A DNA stretch of 64,000 nucleotides, from assembly GCF_023055435.1 (NCBI RefSeq), contig NW_025963913.1, positions 1,426,001-1,490,000 on the forward strand, read 5' to 3'. This document shows, one piece after another, positions 49,701 to 62,959 of this stretch (positions are counted from its first letter, which is position 1; the number at the start of each line of letters is the position of its first letter). The DNA is from Haliotis rufescens. Lineage: Eukaryota. The position numbers and the translations under genes were made by a program. Below the pieces are notes generated by a model that worked only from the letters and a program-made list of their open reading frames with translations, made no database searches and was not told where the DNA came from.

Positions 49701-51375
49701 AAATGATGGCTATTGCCGTTATATAAACACATGGAATTACCCTCAAGGTTAACTAGAATCCATAACTTACATATCTGATATTTTCCTAGCCACGTCATTC
49801 ATGCCATGAACTGTTCATGGACAAACATGAAACATTACATGCTGCAGTGCCATGTGGTTGTACATTGTCACCATATGTCCTGACGGACTTCATCTTAATT
49901 AATTATCTCTGCTACGGCACTGGTAAGTTACGGGGAAACGCCTGAATGTGACAAGACAAAGAGTTCTGCTCAGAACTTACATGTGCAATTGATACGCATC
50001 AGTTTACTTAGAATCGTGTGTATTGAGTGTGTACAGAGTGTGCCGTTGGAAAGTATGGGATTAACTGTACACCACATTGCGGATTATGTAAAGACTCCAC
50101 GGCCTGTGACAAATAACGTGGTGAGACGATGCAACATATGTAATGAGATGATTCGATTTACCAACCTTCCCCTTTCTTGCATTGCATAAGGAACGAATGA
50201 GATATACGTAAGATTCTTCGCAAACAACACACGTGAAGGACAATATGTCCTAGGATTAAATATGATCATAAAATGTCTGAATATTGTTTGGTGTTTAACA
50301 TTGATTGCAAGACATGCACAATGCAGCTTAATTTCAATAACGGTTGTACATAAAGCTTCTTTATGATGTTTTCTAAGCTAGGTTAACATTTGTGTGTTTC
50401 TCGCACCGGTACAGGTGAGGGATGCAACTGGGGAATTCCAGTAGCAGCCACCCTTGCTGTGTTGCTGATCTTCACAGTGATTGGGGGAACCATATATATC
50501 AGACGGTAGTATAATTTGCAACAATCATACAAAGAACTATACATTTAACAGTGTAAAAGAACATTTCTATTTTTACTCATCTGTTAGGGATTCTAAGGCT
50601 CAGTACACCTACTGATCTATTTCTCATTGTGTATGAAAATGGTGTCTAATAAGGGATATTATAACTTGTTAGGCTTAGACCTGGACCCTGTCAAAGATCG
50701 CAAAAATATCCTTACATTATAGAAATATACCCTTCCCATAAGAGAATGCATACTCACCTCACAAATAGTGTTGAGGATTTTGTAAAACCGGTATCCTCTC
50801 CAAGATCAAGTAGACAGTTTGTTTACTTTTTATCCTCTCTATATGCAGATCCAAGTTATGATATGTTGATGGTGTAATATTATGGTGTCACTTTAAGGGA
50901 ACAAAATTTCAACATTTCAAAACATTACAAATTAACGGGTGCACATTGTTAAAAATCCATTTTCCACACAATTATTGTTTTGACTGAGAATAACTTGTCA
51001 AAATGTTTTTCAAACTATATTTTTAAGGCACTTTCGAGGTATCAGTTTTACGGTTGTCGTCCCTGCGTAATTCCCTATGTTATCAAAACTAATGTTGGTT
51101 CATGTAGTACAGGTGTTTAGCGATACAGCTTCTTCGTCACATTGAATGATCTTAGACATTAGATTATTTAACTGTTCCCGTACTAAATAGCAAAAGTTAT
51201 TTTGAACGTCAGATTGATGAACCAACTGGAGAGCTTGAAAACCAAGATGTCAGAGGGACACTATGTGAATCTTGATGAGAGGACAAAGGTTCCAGCAACA
51301 GAAAGTACCTACGAACATATCGACAATGCTGCTCCTTACTACAATACAGTTGATCATGTTCAAGATGAAATCTGA
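43800..51375 (+). pseudogene. Receptor copy B, paralogue with premature stops. Exons 43800-43854, 45563-45682, 45769-45996, 47265-47450, 47882-48019, 49324-49461, 49552-49692, 50037-50120, 50415-50505, 51213-51375
   Basis: Exon-for-exon homology and identical exon lengths to copy A. In-frame TAA at 45667-45669 and 50114-50116; the other exons are open and splice sites canonical. Confidence 0.82.
43959..45480 (-). mobile_element. Tc1-family DD34E DNA transposon, full length, transposase disrupted (ORF remnants 45154-44147)
   Basis: Imperfect ~26-bp TIRs (CACTCTCCAAAAA.. / ..TTTTTGAAGAGTG), TA duplication, HTH N-terminus, WFSDES followed by a stop, QQD-x34-E with WPSRSPDLNPIE. Empty site tgtcTAtatgttcactg at ~7649-7665. 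Confidence 0.93.
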
Positions 51376-51779
51376 TGGGTTTACCATTCATTATGGAGGA
51401 GAGGATTTTACACTACAGATATATATACTTATTACCACGGGGTACCAGGTGAAGAGGTGTCATATTTAAACTCATGTCTTATACTGTAGTTGTTTTCATT
51501 GAAACATAATTATATACATAGAAAATAATCAACTTATCCTACATTACATACACTTTTCATAAAAAGATTAATGTTTTAGATCTCGATCGATGTAACTTCG
51601 TGTAGAATCGACTTTCGCCTGATGAATTTGAAAAAAAATCTCCGAACAAGGAGAATCAATCTGGCCTTTAAAAGTTCATACATACAGTATACAAAAAGAA
51701 ACTTGACGAATGCAGACTTTCTGTACTTTGTGTGGTTTAAGGTAGACACGATGTATATTGATATTGTTTCGTTTCCCTT

Positions 51780-54700
51780 AAAATCTCAATTCGGAGCTGG
51801 TGGGAACAGCATCTAAATTGCGCAAGGGCACGTCTATATTTGAAAATTGATAATTATTTTAAATATGTTCCTAAGCCGAAATTTGTTTTGAATAAACTGT
51901 AAAGAGTTGATTTCGAGCTTGATGAAAGAGCTGGGTGCCAATTTTGAGCATAAGATAATTTTACGGACGGAGTATAAATTCCGACAGAAAGCTGGAGATA
52001 TAGAGGATTGACCACTGTGTTCGGTTGTTACCGAAACATCTACAGACTCGTGATTAATCTGCCACAATTAGAACTCGGCTGCCGAGTTCTAATTGTGGCA
52101 GATTAATCACGAGTCTGTAGATTTTTCGGTTACAATGTGAAAAAAATAAACCACTGTAAACCTTGAAATGGGAGAATAATAAATGAAAATGCATTTCTTA
52201 TTTTGTCATATGCCCAGTTTATTATCCCAAGAAATGCTAAATAATTATCATTAAAATTAAGCTAGCTATGCATATTGGGGCTCTTTATTTGCTATGATAA
52301 TATAACAGTTGCATTATTAAAGAAGGGTTGTTTTTTCAGTAAACATGGTAAAAAATAAATCTTTGGTTTAAAGAATTTACTTGAGACAAACATAATTCTA
52401 CATGTCCTAATACTCTGTATTCTCAGTTAATTCTGAAAATAATTAACTGTGATATTGAGTTTCTACCTAAAACTAATAATATGAAATTAATTTTGAGATT
52501 ATTTCATCTTATCTAAAATAAAAAATATATTTTAAGATGCATAAATGGACATCATTGTTGAAAAAAAAAATATTGTTTTTAAAAAAAATCCCTAATAAGG
52601 TTGATTGGTGCCCACCATCTGTATCTTCATCATTTTGTCTGCTCCCTATAAGAAATCAAAATAGTTAAGAAAAAATATAAATACATTATTATATTACTTT
52701 CTTGAGTTCACATAGATTTAGGTATGACTTAATACATTCAAGTTTAAACGTGGTAATGTTGTTTTTTCTTAATTGTCCTGAGATATTATGTTTAAATAAT
52801 TGAAGTCTTCATGTTTAAAAAACAACAAATAATTATAGGCCAAAATACATTAAGTATATTGATCTGGAATAACTCCACCTGTTGAAAGGGAAACAAATGC
52901 TGTGGTTGCGAAACATCTTGGTCGTGAGATGTACGGTCCGTCCGGCAAAGACTGATCGTTTCCTGCATTAAAATTTAGTATTGCTTTATTTTGAGTGTTT
53001 ATTTTCTTAAAATATGAAATTTAAGTCTCGGTTATTTTAATATAACTATGAAATATGTTTTTGATCGATCGGCTCTAGATCAACACTTTCTTATGTGGTT
53101 GATAGTTATTTTTTTAAACAATACCAAAAACAATATGGTTTGTTTCACTATTTCATCGGTATTTTTACATGAATTAATTAACTGTTTCATTAGCTTTGTT
53201 ATTAGCCTTGAAAACGCCCAGTAAAGAATGTACCGGAGTGGCTGACCTGGTCCCGTAATATCGATGCGGTATCTCGCTTCGGTTACCGTCTACCCATTCT
53301 GCAACTGAATCTCGTACATTGGGAAGCCGAAATTCTCTGATATATCTCCACATATCATACCCCTTCTTCCCCTACAAATATTCTCTCGGTCACCACGTTT
53401 CGGAGATCGAAACATCGTCACTACGGTAATGTTTAGCCAGCTGGGGAATTCCTGTACTGGACGACCTGGGGTATCCCCGATCCGAAAATAGTGCCGTCAA
53501 TTATTTTTAGCCAGCTAATCCAAACGCGATGACACAACTCTTCACTCTCAGCCAGCCAATCAGATTGGTGAAAAAAAATAAACCACTGCAAATAAACCAC
53601 TGCTGGCGATTGAAGATCAAGCCCTGTTATGGGAGAAATTATTTATAAATTGTTGTTCCCATATGTAACCAAAACCAGCAGAGAATAGGATGTGTTTTAC
53701 TTTTGATGCCCAGTTAGTTTTACCATTACTACAGTCTAACAATAATTAGTTACAACATTTCTTTACCAAACGTGATTGAGGCATATTAATTATTTTCCAC
53801 CAATACTTAACAACATATTTAAATGCAAATATGTACATTGGGTGTCTTCCGCATTCTCCTCAACGTGGTTTGCGGATGACTGCTTTAACACATAAAAATC
53901 TCCTACAATCAAACATTTGTACAACTTCTATTTCTATGTAATTATGAACACCCCAAATTACAGAGCCATACAATAGAATTGGGCTGATTTTGGAATCAAA
54001 TATTTAAAAAAATAGATAATGAGGTAATGGATTTAATAAAATGATTTAATAATTCTACACAGAACCTTTTTTGCCTGAGTTGATGCACTATTTACATGAG
54101 CAGACCACAGTAGTAATCTAAATAATAATAATCCCAAGTATTTGTAACATGAAACACATTCAAGCTGATGCTCGTTAAAATACCACTTTTTGTCTCTTGA
54201 TAAATTTCCACAATTTTTAAATACAATGATTTTAGTTTCAGCTAAGTTAACAGACAAGTGGTATTTATCACAAAAACGACTTCAAACATTAATTCCTTTT
54301 TGTAGCCCATAGACAGTGTCTGCAAAAAGGACGATATTATCTGCTAGTAACAGCAAACATACCTGTATGATATCAGGATGCAGCTGCACCCCTGGCGCAC
54401 ATGAAGATTCTATTTGTTCAGCAAGCTCATTTTTAAAAATAGGAAATAAGAAAGGGTTCAACATGCAGCCTTGCCTGAGGCCTGAAGGACAATCAAAACT
54501 ATAAGATTATATGTTTTTTGATTTAACACATCCCTTCACGCAACTATAGATAGATTCAAGTGCAGTTAACATCTTGGGTGAAACTCCCCTGTATTTTAAT
54601 ATAAACTACAATTTAGATCTGTTAACAAAGTCGAAAGCTTTTTTGAAGTCCACAAAAAGCGTATAAAACTTACCACGATTTTTTGAAAGGTAGTGTTGAA

Positions 54701-55670
54701 TAATAGTTTGTAAAATGAAAATATTATCTATTGTGCTATATCCTTTTCGAAATCCCGCTTGCGACTAGCTAATTTGGTCGTACAAATTTGCCCAAAATAC
54801 TTATCTTGCATTAAGAACTAATGTATAAAGTTTACTTAAAGTGCTTAAAAGGGAAATACCTCTATAATTATAAGGATCAGATTTATCATCTGACTAGTAC
54901 AAAGGTATTATGATACCTGTACTCCATGATTCAGGGAAATAAGATGATTCAAAAATGACATTAAACAACAATTCCATGTATGGCAACAATATATTGGAGG
55001 AGGATTTGAAAAATTCTGAGATTAGGTTATCTTCCCCTTGAGATTTACAGTTTTTTTTAGTAAATAGGTTGCTTCTTGTATCTCTTCTTGAGTGACCGTA
55101 TCATCAGCATTATAGTCAGTATCAGAATTTCCAGTCTGTTCTGGCAAATTAGCGTCACATTCTTCAAATAAGTTCTTGAAATACGAAAACCATTCTGATA
55201 TATCTACATTGTCCTTTTTTGACGACTTGGTTGTATATTTCTTTAGCACAGTCCAAAACAATTTAGTTATTTATATTAGCTAGTAAAATGTCTCTGACAG
55301 ATGCATATTATATAGTCTCTTTTTACTCTGTATTAGGTCATTATATTTATTGCGTTAAGTAATGTATAAATGTAGTGATTCACTGTTCTTTGATCTTCTA
55401 AAAGATTTCAGTAGCCTCAGCGTTTCTGATCGATTGAAATCACATTCTGAGTCAAACCATGGTGGATCTGATTTTACAGGATAAGTTTTCTTCTTTATCT
55501 TCATGAAGTCCGCAGCCTGGTGAATAGCATTAGTAAAAACTTTAACAGCTTGGTCGATATCGGTCAAGGTAAGAGAGCAGCAGTCATTAAGCATAGATGA
55601 TATATCGGATGATAGGATATTGTCTCTTAATCTTTCAGCACAATTATTATCCCATAACAATTTGAAACCT
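51780..55670 (-). mobile_element. Paralogous copy of the degraded RTEX-like LINE, interrupted by an insertion at ~52001-53638
   Basis: Colinear with ~16240-18460; retains the LFAD RT region that is deleted in the other copy. Confidence 0.78.
52025..52135. repeat. Near-perfect 111-bp palindrome
   Basis: 55-bp arms with 2 mismatches around a single T at 52080. Confidence 0.92.
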
Positions 55671-57194
55671 TTAACATGGAAGTTGTACTTGATACCTTCA
55701 AACTGTAAAGTGTGTACCATACATCCGTCGTAGTTAGGCTCAGAGGTTCTCGTCGACCCCTTGTACATGTAGTTCGCAAAGATTATGGTATGCATGCGGG
55801 AAGTGATGCGGCTCTATGTTTACATGCAGCATACTTTGTACTTTTACGCTTCTTGTTTCATTACATGGACACAGGGACATTTTTCGTGTTGATAGCTCAT
55901 TCAAAATAATCGTTGATGATAAATAAGATATAAGACTCGTTCCCATTTCGTATGAAGTTTTTGTCACTCTTGAAAAACGCTTTCATTGTAAAAGAAAACT
56001 TTATCTGAAAAAGGAAGATCGTTTTATATCCTATAATTACTTTGAATCGTTAGTTTAATCAAAACGATTTCTGTTTTCGTTATTGCATTAAAAAGTGGTT
56101 ACAAAATTCTAGCAGAAACGTATTTTAGAAATTGTGCACGTGTGAGCAGCACATTTAAATCATCACATACATGTATGATATAGAGGATATTTCATGTGTC
56201 GAGTGAAATATCTCCTTTTCCCTGTAGCGAGATGAGAGAAAAAAGAAATTTCACCGGACATATGGAATAGCCTATTTATTATATACGTTTTGTGTAGTTG
56301 TCTACCGGAAATTTATTTTTTTTCATCACAAATGTAAAATCTTGAAACGTAAATTCTCCTTTCCTCACACGCAGGGACGTTACCACTCCTTTTAATTAAA
56401 CGTTTCGAGTTTGCAACGTCTTAAGAAATATAAACGAAAGTAATAAAAGATAATAGACTAACGTAAAAAGGAAGTCAACAGTTCGTGTACGGGAAAGACA
56501 CTTACGATAAAGTGAGACAATTTTCGGGGACTTAGTTCTTGTATGACATTAGGTCCGTGAAAGTGTTATGCTCACTGCAGTGAAATATCAAGTGTTACGT
56601 TCACTGCAATGAAAATATCACTTTTCTAAACTTCAGAAATCTCAGTCTGTCACACTGAAGGATATATCAAAAATAATTACGCCTGTACATAGTTTGTGAA
56701 TACCACCCTTTAGGTCTGCTATTATTGTGAATTATGGTGAATTAAAAATAATATTGCTATCTTGCGTACGGCATTCTATGGACACCAAATTTTGAAATAA
56801 CATGGTTATTTTCTGTCAGATCAGAAAACTAATGTTGAATCTGGTAGTAACTGACCATGTCATTTGAAACAGCCGCCTCTCCCTTTCCGATTTGCGTTGA
56901 TTCGTATAGCTGCACTTCTTCGTCTAGTATCTTACATTGAGTGACAGGTCCTATGTACTTTGTATGATGTCACTCGCCGTTAATTGGCTACATGTCAAGA
57001 TACGTAGATGAATACCGATCACCCGATTCATGACACGCCTCAGTATGCATTTCTATGTCTGTAATGTTTAACAATCGTGTCATCTTTGTCTGCGTTGATG
57101 TATAAAATTGTTTTTGGTTAAACTATTGTTGATAACACGTTTTTGATGTCAAAATTAATTATAAGGATTGAGCTCGGTTCATTGAAGTAAAAAA

Positions 57195-58540
57195 ATAAAA
57201 ACACTCCCATACACGGCAGTTTGACTTCGTTGTAAGAACTTTCCAATACACGACAGTTTGACTTCGTTGTAAGAACACTCTCTTACACGGCAGTTTGACT
57301 CAGTTGTAAGAACGTTAACACTCCCATACACGGCAATTTGACTCAGTTGTAAGAACACTCTCTTACACGGCAGTTTGGCCTCGTTGTAAGAACACTCCAA
57401 TACACGACAGTTTGGCCTCGTTGTAAGAACACTCCAATACACGACAGTTTGACCTCGTTGTAAGAACACTCCAATACACGACAGTTTGGCCTCGTTGTAA
57501 GAACACTCCAATACACGACAGTTTGACCTCGTTGTAAGAACAGTCCAACACACGACAGTTTGACCTCGTTGTAAGAACACTCCAATACACGACAGTTTGG
57601 CCTCGTTGTAAGAACACTCCAATACACGACAGTTTGGCCTCGTTATAAGAACACTCCAACACACGACAGTTTGACCTCGTTGTAAGAACACTCCAATACA
57701 CGACAGTTTGACCTCGTTGTAAGAACACTCCAATACACGACAGTTTGACCTCGTTTAAGAACGCTCCAACACACGACAGTTTGACCTCGTTGTAAGAACA
57801 CTCCAATACACGACAGTTTGGCCTCGTTGTAAGAACACTCCAATACACGACAGTATGGCCTCGCTGTAAGAACACTCCAATACATGACAGTTTGACCTCG
57901 TTGTAAGAACACTCCAATACACGACAGTTTGGCCTCGTTGTAAGAACACTCCAATACACGACAGTTTGGCCTCGTTGTAAGAACACTCCAATACACGACA
58001 GTTTGGCCTCGTTGTAAGAACACTCCAATACACGACAGTTTGACCTCGTTGTAAGAACACTCCAACACACGACAGTTTGACCTCGTTGTAAGAACACTCC
58101 AATACACGACAGTTTGACTTCGTTGTAAGAACACTCCCATACACGGTAGTTTAACACAGTTTTAAGAACACTCTCATACACGGCAGTTTGACTCAGTTGT
58201 AAGAACACTCCCATACACGGCAGTTTGACTTCGTTGTAAGAACATTCCAACACACGACAGTTCGACTCAGTTGTAAGAACACTCACACACACGGCAGTTT
58301 GACTCAGTTGTAAAAAACGTTAACACTCCCATACACGGCAGTTTGACTCAGTTGTAAGAACCTCCCATACACGGTAGTTTGAAGCAGTTGTAAGAACACT
58401 CTCATACACGGCAGTTTGGCCTCGTTGTAAGAACACTCCAATACACGACAGTTTGGCCTCGTTGTAAGAACACTCCAACACACGACAGTTTGACCTCGTT
58501 GTAAGAACACTCCAATACACGACAGTTTGACCTCGTTTAA
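57195..58540. repeat. 37-bp minisatellite, roughly 36 copies
   Basis: Unit AAGAACACTCCAATACACGACAGTTTGACCTCGTTGT head-to-tail, with degenerate edges. Confidence 0.95.
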
Positions 58541-60670
58541 GACCAACATGTAAGCTGATGCCTCAATCATTTTCAAAAGTCAAGTATGACATTGAGACCA
58601 TTCATATTCTTTGAATGAAATATATGCAAATCAAATAGATTTCGATTATCAGGAACTGCAAAATATTCGGGAACTGCAGTATACGTATGGTGTGTAAAAA
58701 TAGAACTGTAGGATTGGAGACACGCATTGTGAGCTTACAATGTAGAAAATAACTGACTCATTCGCCAAAAGGAATTGATCTCATCGTTATCTAATAAGTA
58801 ATCGGTGCTCACATAAAAGATTTATTCATGATTCATCATATCATTCATCATCTTCATTTGTTCCTCCGGTGTGTCTCTTAGAATGTTTTGTTTGGTATGT
58901 ATATAGTGGCTACCAATATAACTTTTCTGCTTTTCGTTTTATTGTAGTTTTTATGACCAACCACAAAATAACAACTAAGGTGTATTGAGTCTTAGGACGA
59001 GATATCAGGTCGATAGTCGGTGAACAGTTAAAAGATGAGCATGGATAGGGACGTCTAGAACCGGACCGCACCACATTATTGAGCACTTTAATCGTATAAT
59101 ATTTTTCTAAACATATGATGAAACAATGAGAGGGTGGTGCAGCATTAGCGGTATTTATAATTGGGTATTTTGTATCCTGACCATATCAAGCTCTAATTTC
59201 AATAAAGGTACTGCTTGTTAAAACAAATTTGTTTCGGTAATCAATAACCCGCACAGAGAAGGTGGAATTAATGTGTATCCGATGGACGTTAGAGGTTGGG
59301 GGGTTATAGTAATAATTGATGCAGGTTTGGCATCTTCAGGATCTTAAAATTATTCTGTTAGATCAAGACATGTTAGTTTAATGTGGAAGGGAAGCACCAA
59401 GTGACGCAGGTCGGGTATCACATTGGCAGGTATTGTGCTGACAAAATAAGACTCAAAATCAGAATCGAACCAATGTTCACAAGTTCCTTGGACACCTTAA
59501 GGACCCACTCTGAACTCTTACATTACATGGGTAGTGCTTGGAACGGCGTTACACATTATCTGACATATGACCAATGATAATAAAAGAAAATATCGACGAC
59601 ATTGATGCGGACAACTGCAGACAACTATCTGCAAAGCATCAGGGTATAATCAAACTGAATAACTCATTTGCAAATTTTGCCACGAACAACAAGAAAAAGA
59701 TTCTTAAAACACTTATAAAACAAGATTGGATATAACCAAAGACCCTGGAGTACCATTCAACGTGTCGACAGCTTCTGTAATGTACATGATATATACGTTC
59801 TTCCTGCCATTGTTCAGCTACCGCCTCTGTGGTCGTATGGATAGAGCGTCTGTGGAAGGTCGATGATACGATCCCCGGCGGCGTACATACACTTTGTTTT
59901 GTGTGTGCAATAATTTTGAACGCGACGTTGAAACCCCTTTTCACCTAACCTCAGAACCTTCTCATTGGGGTCAGTGTACAGTACAGTGTTTGACTGCACA
60001 CAGTTAAATGTTGGGAGTGTATAAGTGTGGTCAAGTACCTGGCATCTGTGAAGACCGGGGTTTTGAATTGTATGCCTGTCGTAAGAGGCGACTCACAGGA
60101 TCGATTCGTCAGACTCCCTGACTTCGTTGATGCATGTCATCGTATCCCAACTGTGTAGACCGATGTTCATGAAGCCAATCACTGGAATGTCTAGACTCGA
60201 TTATTTACATACCGCCGTCATATAGCTGGAATGGAGCTGGGCGTGACGTCAAACAACAAACATACAAACAAATAAATCTTCAACGTGTCAATAAGCATTC
60301 AAATGATGTAAAACATTTGTTTATTTCATCGATTTGTCTACTGGCAGTGTAATTGCGGCGTTCAACGGCAAACAAACAAATGTCATGTACATGGATGTCT
60401 GGACGGGGTCAGCAAGAGCAGAGCAATGCATCATGGGAAACACACATCTTCAGCTCAGTAATAAGGCTTCCTCTTAAGGAAGACAAACTGCACGCCATGG
60501 GGAGCTGAAATCAATGTCGTTGACGAGTTGCCTCAGGGTGTAATGGATTAATAGCATTTCAACAAGCATTGACTATTGGCTTCCAGAAATCTGAGACAAT
60601 ATGTACCCTTGATGTTGAATGATAAAACTCATATCATTTAAAAATCAGTAAGAATCCGTTTGTTCATCAG

Positions 60671-62959
60671 ATCGCATCGGGGGATTCACTCTGCAAGTTT
60701 AACATGGCTAGTGTTCAGATGATGTTTGATCTTGTCCTGATTAATACCCTCCCTACCAATTACATGGCGGTTGTGAAGGTGGACAGTGTACTTGACTGTG
60801 CCCATGAATGTATACGTGAGTCTACGTGTGAGGCCATGGCGTTCAGCACCCTTTATACGGCGTGTTATTTGTACCAGGGAAGCATTCAGGCGGATCCCTC
60901 GGCAACTTCTAATATGGACTTCTTGATATACAACTTTAAAAGAGGCCCGGAGTGCAATGGAGTTTTTGCAGGAATTCCAAAACCCCGTAAGTTAAAATAA
61001 TTATTATTGATGCTCTCAGATTTTTGGGTCGGTCTGTAATCCCAGTGAAGAGATTTCCTCTTTATTTTGTCTCAAAGTACGGTAGAGGGTTTTTCTAATT
61101 AGATTCAATTATATCTGAACATATTATAATTTCTTGTATATACATAAACTAGTTGTTTCACGCTATTTGTTTTATTAACATAAAACGTCAACGCCAGTGA
61201 ATAAACGGATTCCATTGGTCGTAAAAGGTACAATAGCGGTGACAATTATATGAATGTTTCACTGAATATCATTCATGACAACAGAAGAGTGGGGGGGTAG
61301 GTGAACCTTTAATTTCCTGACGACTCCAGTCTTAATTCAAAATTGTACGAAACTCAAACGTCAATTCCCTCCATCCTTTCCTGATTTAAAAAATCTCGAA
61401 AAACCTCGTTTGTCGTCAGGGTGGATTTCATAAAAAAGAGTTTCGGAATGGAACATTTTTCTGAGATCCCGAACCGAAACCGAATGTAGGATCGCGACGA
61501 TTTTTGTGGTCGGTTGGTGAAAATAATACCTTAGGCTATCTAACCGGACAAGGCGTAAGTGTTGACGTTATCGACCATCAAAGTGTTATTTCTATCGTAC
61601 AACAAAACGTGAATACTTCAAGCCAAAGCCCACAAAGTGTGGAAACTGTTATCCAAAAGTCATATAATAAACAGTCGTAAACAACCTAAAATATTCACGT
61701 AACTTTTAACGTCTTCTAAATTCTGTAATCCGTGGATAACCAACCGTCCCGTGATTAACTAATTATTTGGGAACTTTAGTATTTCCTTGTTCAGTCAAAG
61801 TGACAGAAACTTTAGTCGATTAAGACTAATTGAATTAATCGACTAGTTTTGTAGTCTAAGTGACTCGGGGCGGTCGGGTAGCCTAGTGGTTAAAGTGTTC
61901 GCTCGTCACGCCGAAGACCCGGGTTCGATTCCCGACATGGGTACAATGTGTGAAGCCCATTTCTGGTGTCCGCCGCCGTGATATTGCTGGAATATTGCTA
62001 AAAGCGGCGTACAACCAAACTCACTCTAAGTGACTCATTCTAGGGATAAGCTCTCGGTGTTTATTTCCCCTGTGTTTACTGAGCCGAGGTTATTCACTCA
62101 TTACAGTTTTGAGTTAATTTGCTCAGGTGTTAATTGTTCGCAGTCGACTTAATCGGCAGTCGACGCACCGAGACTATATCTTGTCAAAGTGTTCTTTTAG
62201 TTACCTTCCTTTTTATAACTGTAATACAGTTGTTTGACTAAAACTTGGTTGTTGACTTGCGCTGATTGAATTAATTTGTAATCTGAGTGAGCGCAGATTG
62301 GATATATTTTTAATTGTCAACCAGTCGTGCAATTAGTAGTTATTTAATAAACCTGTGACCACGTTTTCTTTATCACTTTGGACCCGTGAAGATCCGGGGT
62401 AGAATAGGACTTCAGCAACCCCTGCTTGCCGTAAAAGGCGACTATAGTTGTCGTAAGAGGCGACTAACGGGATTGGGCGGTCAGGCTCGCTGACATGGTT
62501 GATGCATGTCATCGATCCCAATTGCGTGGATCGATGCTAATGACATTAATCACTGGATTGTCTGGTCCAGATTATTTACAGACCGCCGTCATATAGATGG
62601 AATATTGCTGAGTGCGGCGTTAAACAACAAACCAACCAACTTACAACCATGTTCCCTTGGTATTGTTATGTGTCATCATTGTTCTGCGAATAATCTTCAA
62701 GTCAGATACCATTGTAAAGAATGTAAAGGTTATCCTGCATAATCTGTTTTTTCTCTTCCAGTGTACCCGGTCTGTCCTATTGGTAATGGCTACAACTATA
62801 AACCTAAAATGAACGTTTGTTACAAATACCACACCAATAAAGTAACGCACCAAGTGGCCAAGAGCACATGTATCAGCGAAGGAGGTTCCGACCTTCTCAA
62901 GGTTGACACAAACAAGAAACAGAATTTCTTCAAAGACATCGTGCCATCAGGCTCATACG
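60671..62959 (+). CDS. Partial gene with a PAN/apple-like exon (60671-60986) and the N-terminal exon of a C-type lectin domain (62762-62959); first exon not identified, remainder probably beyond the window
   Basis: VDSVLDCAHECIRESTCEAMAF..CYLY matches the PAN Cys pattern. CPIGNGY..VCYKYH..AKSTC..GSDLLKVDT matches a CTLD N-half. AG/GT borders join in phase 1. Confidence 0.7.
61867..62027 (+). mobile_element. tRNA-derived SINE family 1 (other copies ~980-1083, 36674-36835, 38978-39147, 39865-40030, 41526-41692)
   Basis: A box TAGCCTAGTGG, B box GGTTCGATTCC, shared body, tail GCGGCGTAAAACC-(CACT)n. Confidence 0.85.
62381..62640 (+). mobile_element. ~260-bp non-autonomous retroelement starting GACCCGTGAAGATCC (copies ~9665-9880 -, 27000-27250, 33228-33486, 46615-46800 -, 60045-60275, 63090-63352, 63632-63835 -)
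   Basis: Eight recognisable dispersed copies, no tRNA head, tail GCGGCGTTAAAC-(AAAC/AACC)n. Confidence 0.8.

Larger units (their letters stand above)
41105..55670 (+). repeat. Segmental direct duplicate of 1-18460
   Basis: Colinear promoter cassettes, introns, exons, 3' UTR and downstream LINE. Confidence 0.92.

Noticed and set aside
57179-58576. Long repetitive ORFs or a possible CRISPR array
   Set aside because: Pure 37-bp tandem repeat with no unique spacers and no cas genes, in a eukaryotic context; the ORFs cycle through all three frames because the unit lacks minus-strand stops.
59126-59207. Candidate signal-peptide exon for the PAN-CTLD gene
   Set aside because: The donor is phase 1 while the exon at 60671 starts in phase 0, and the hydrophobic core is weak.
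61867-61940. tRNA genes (also ~27380, ~38980, ~39865)
   Set aside because: A/B boxes run into a shared SINE body and microsatellite tail; these are SINE heads.
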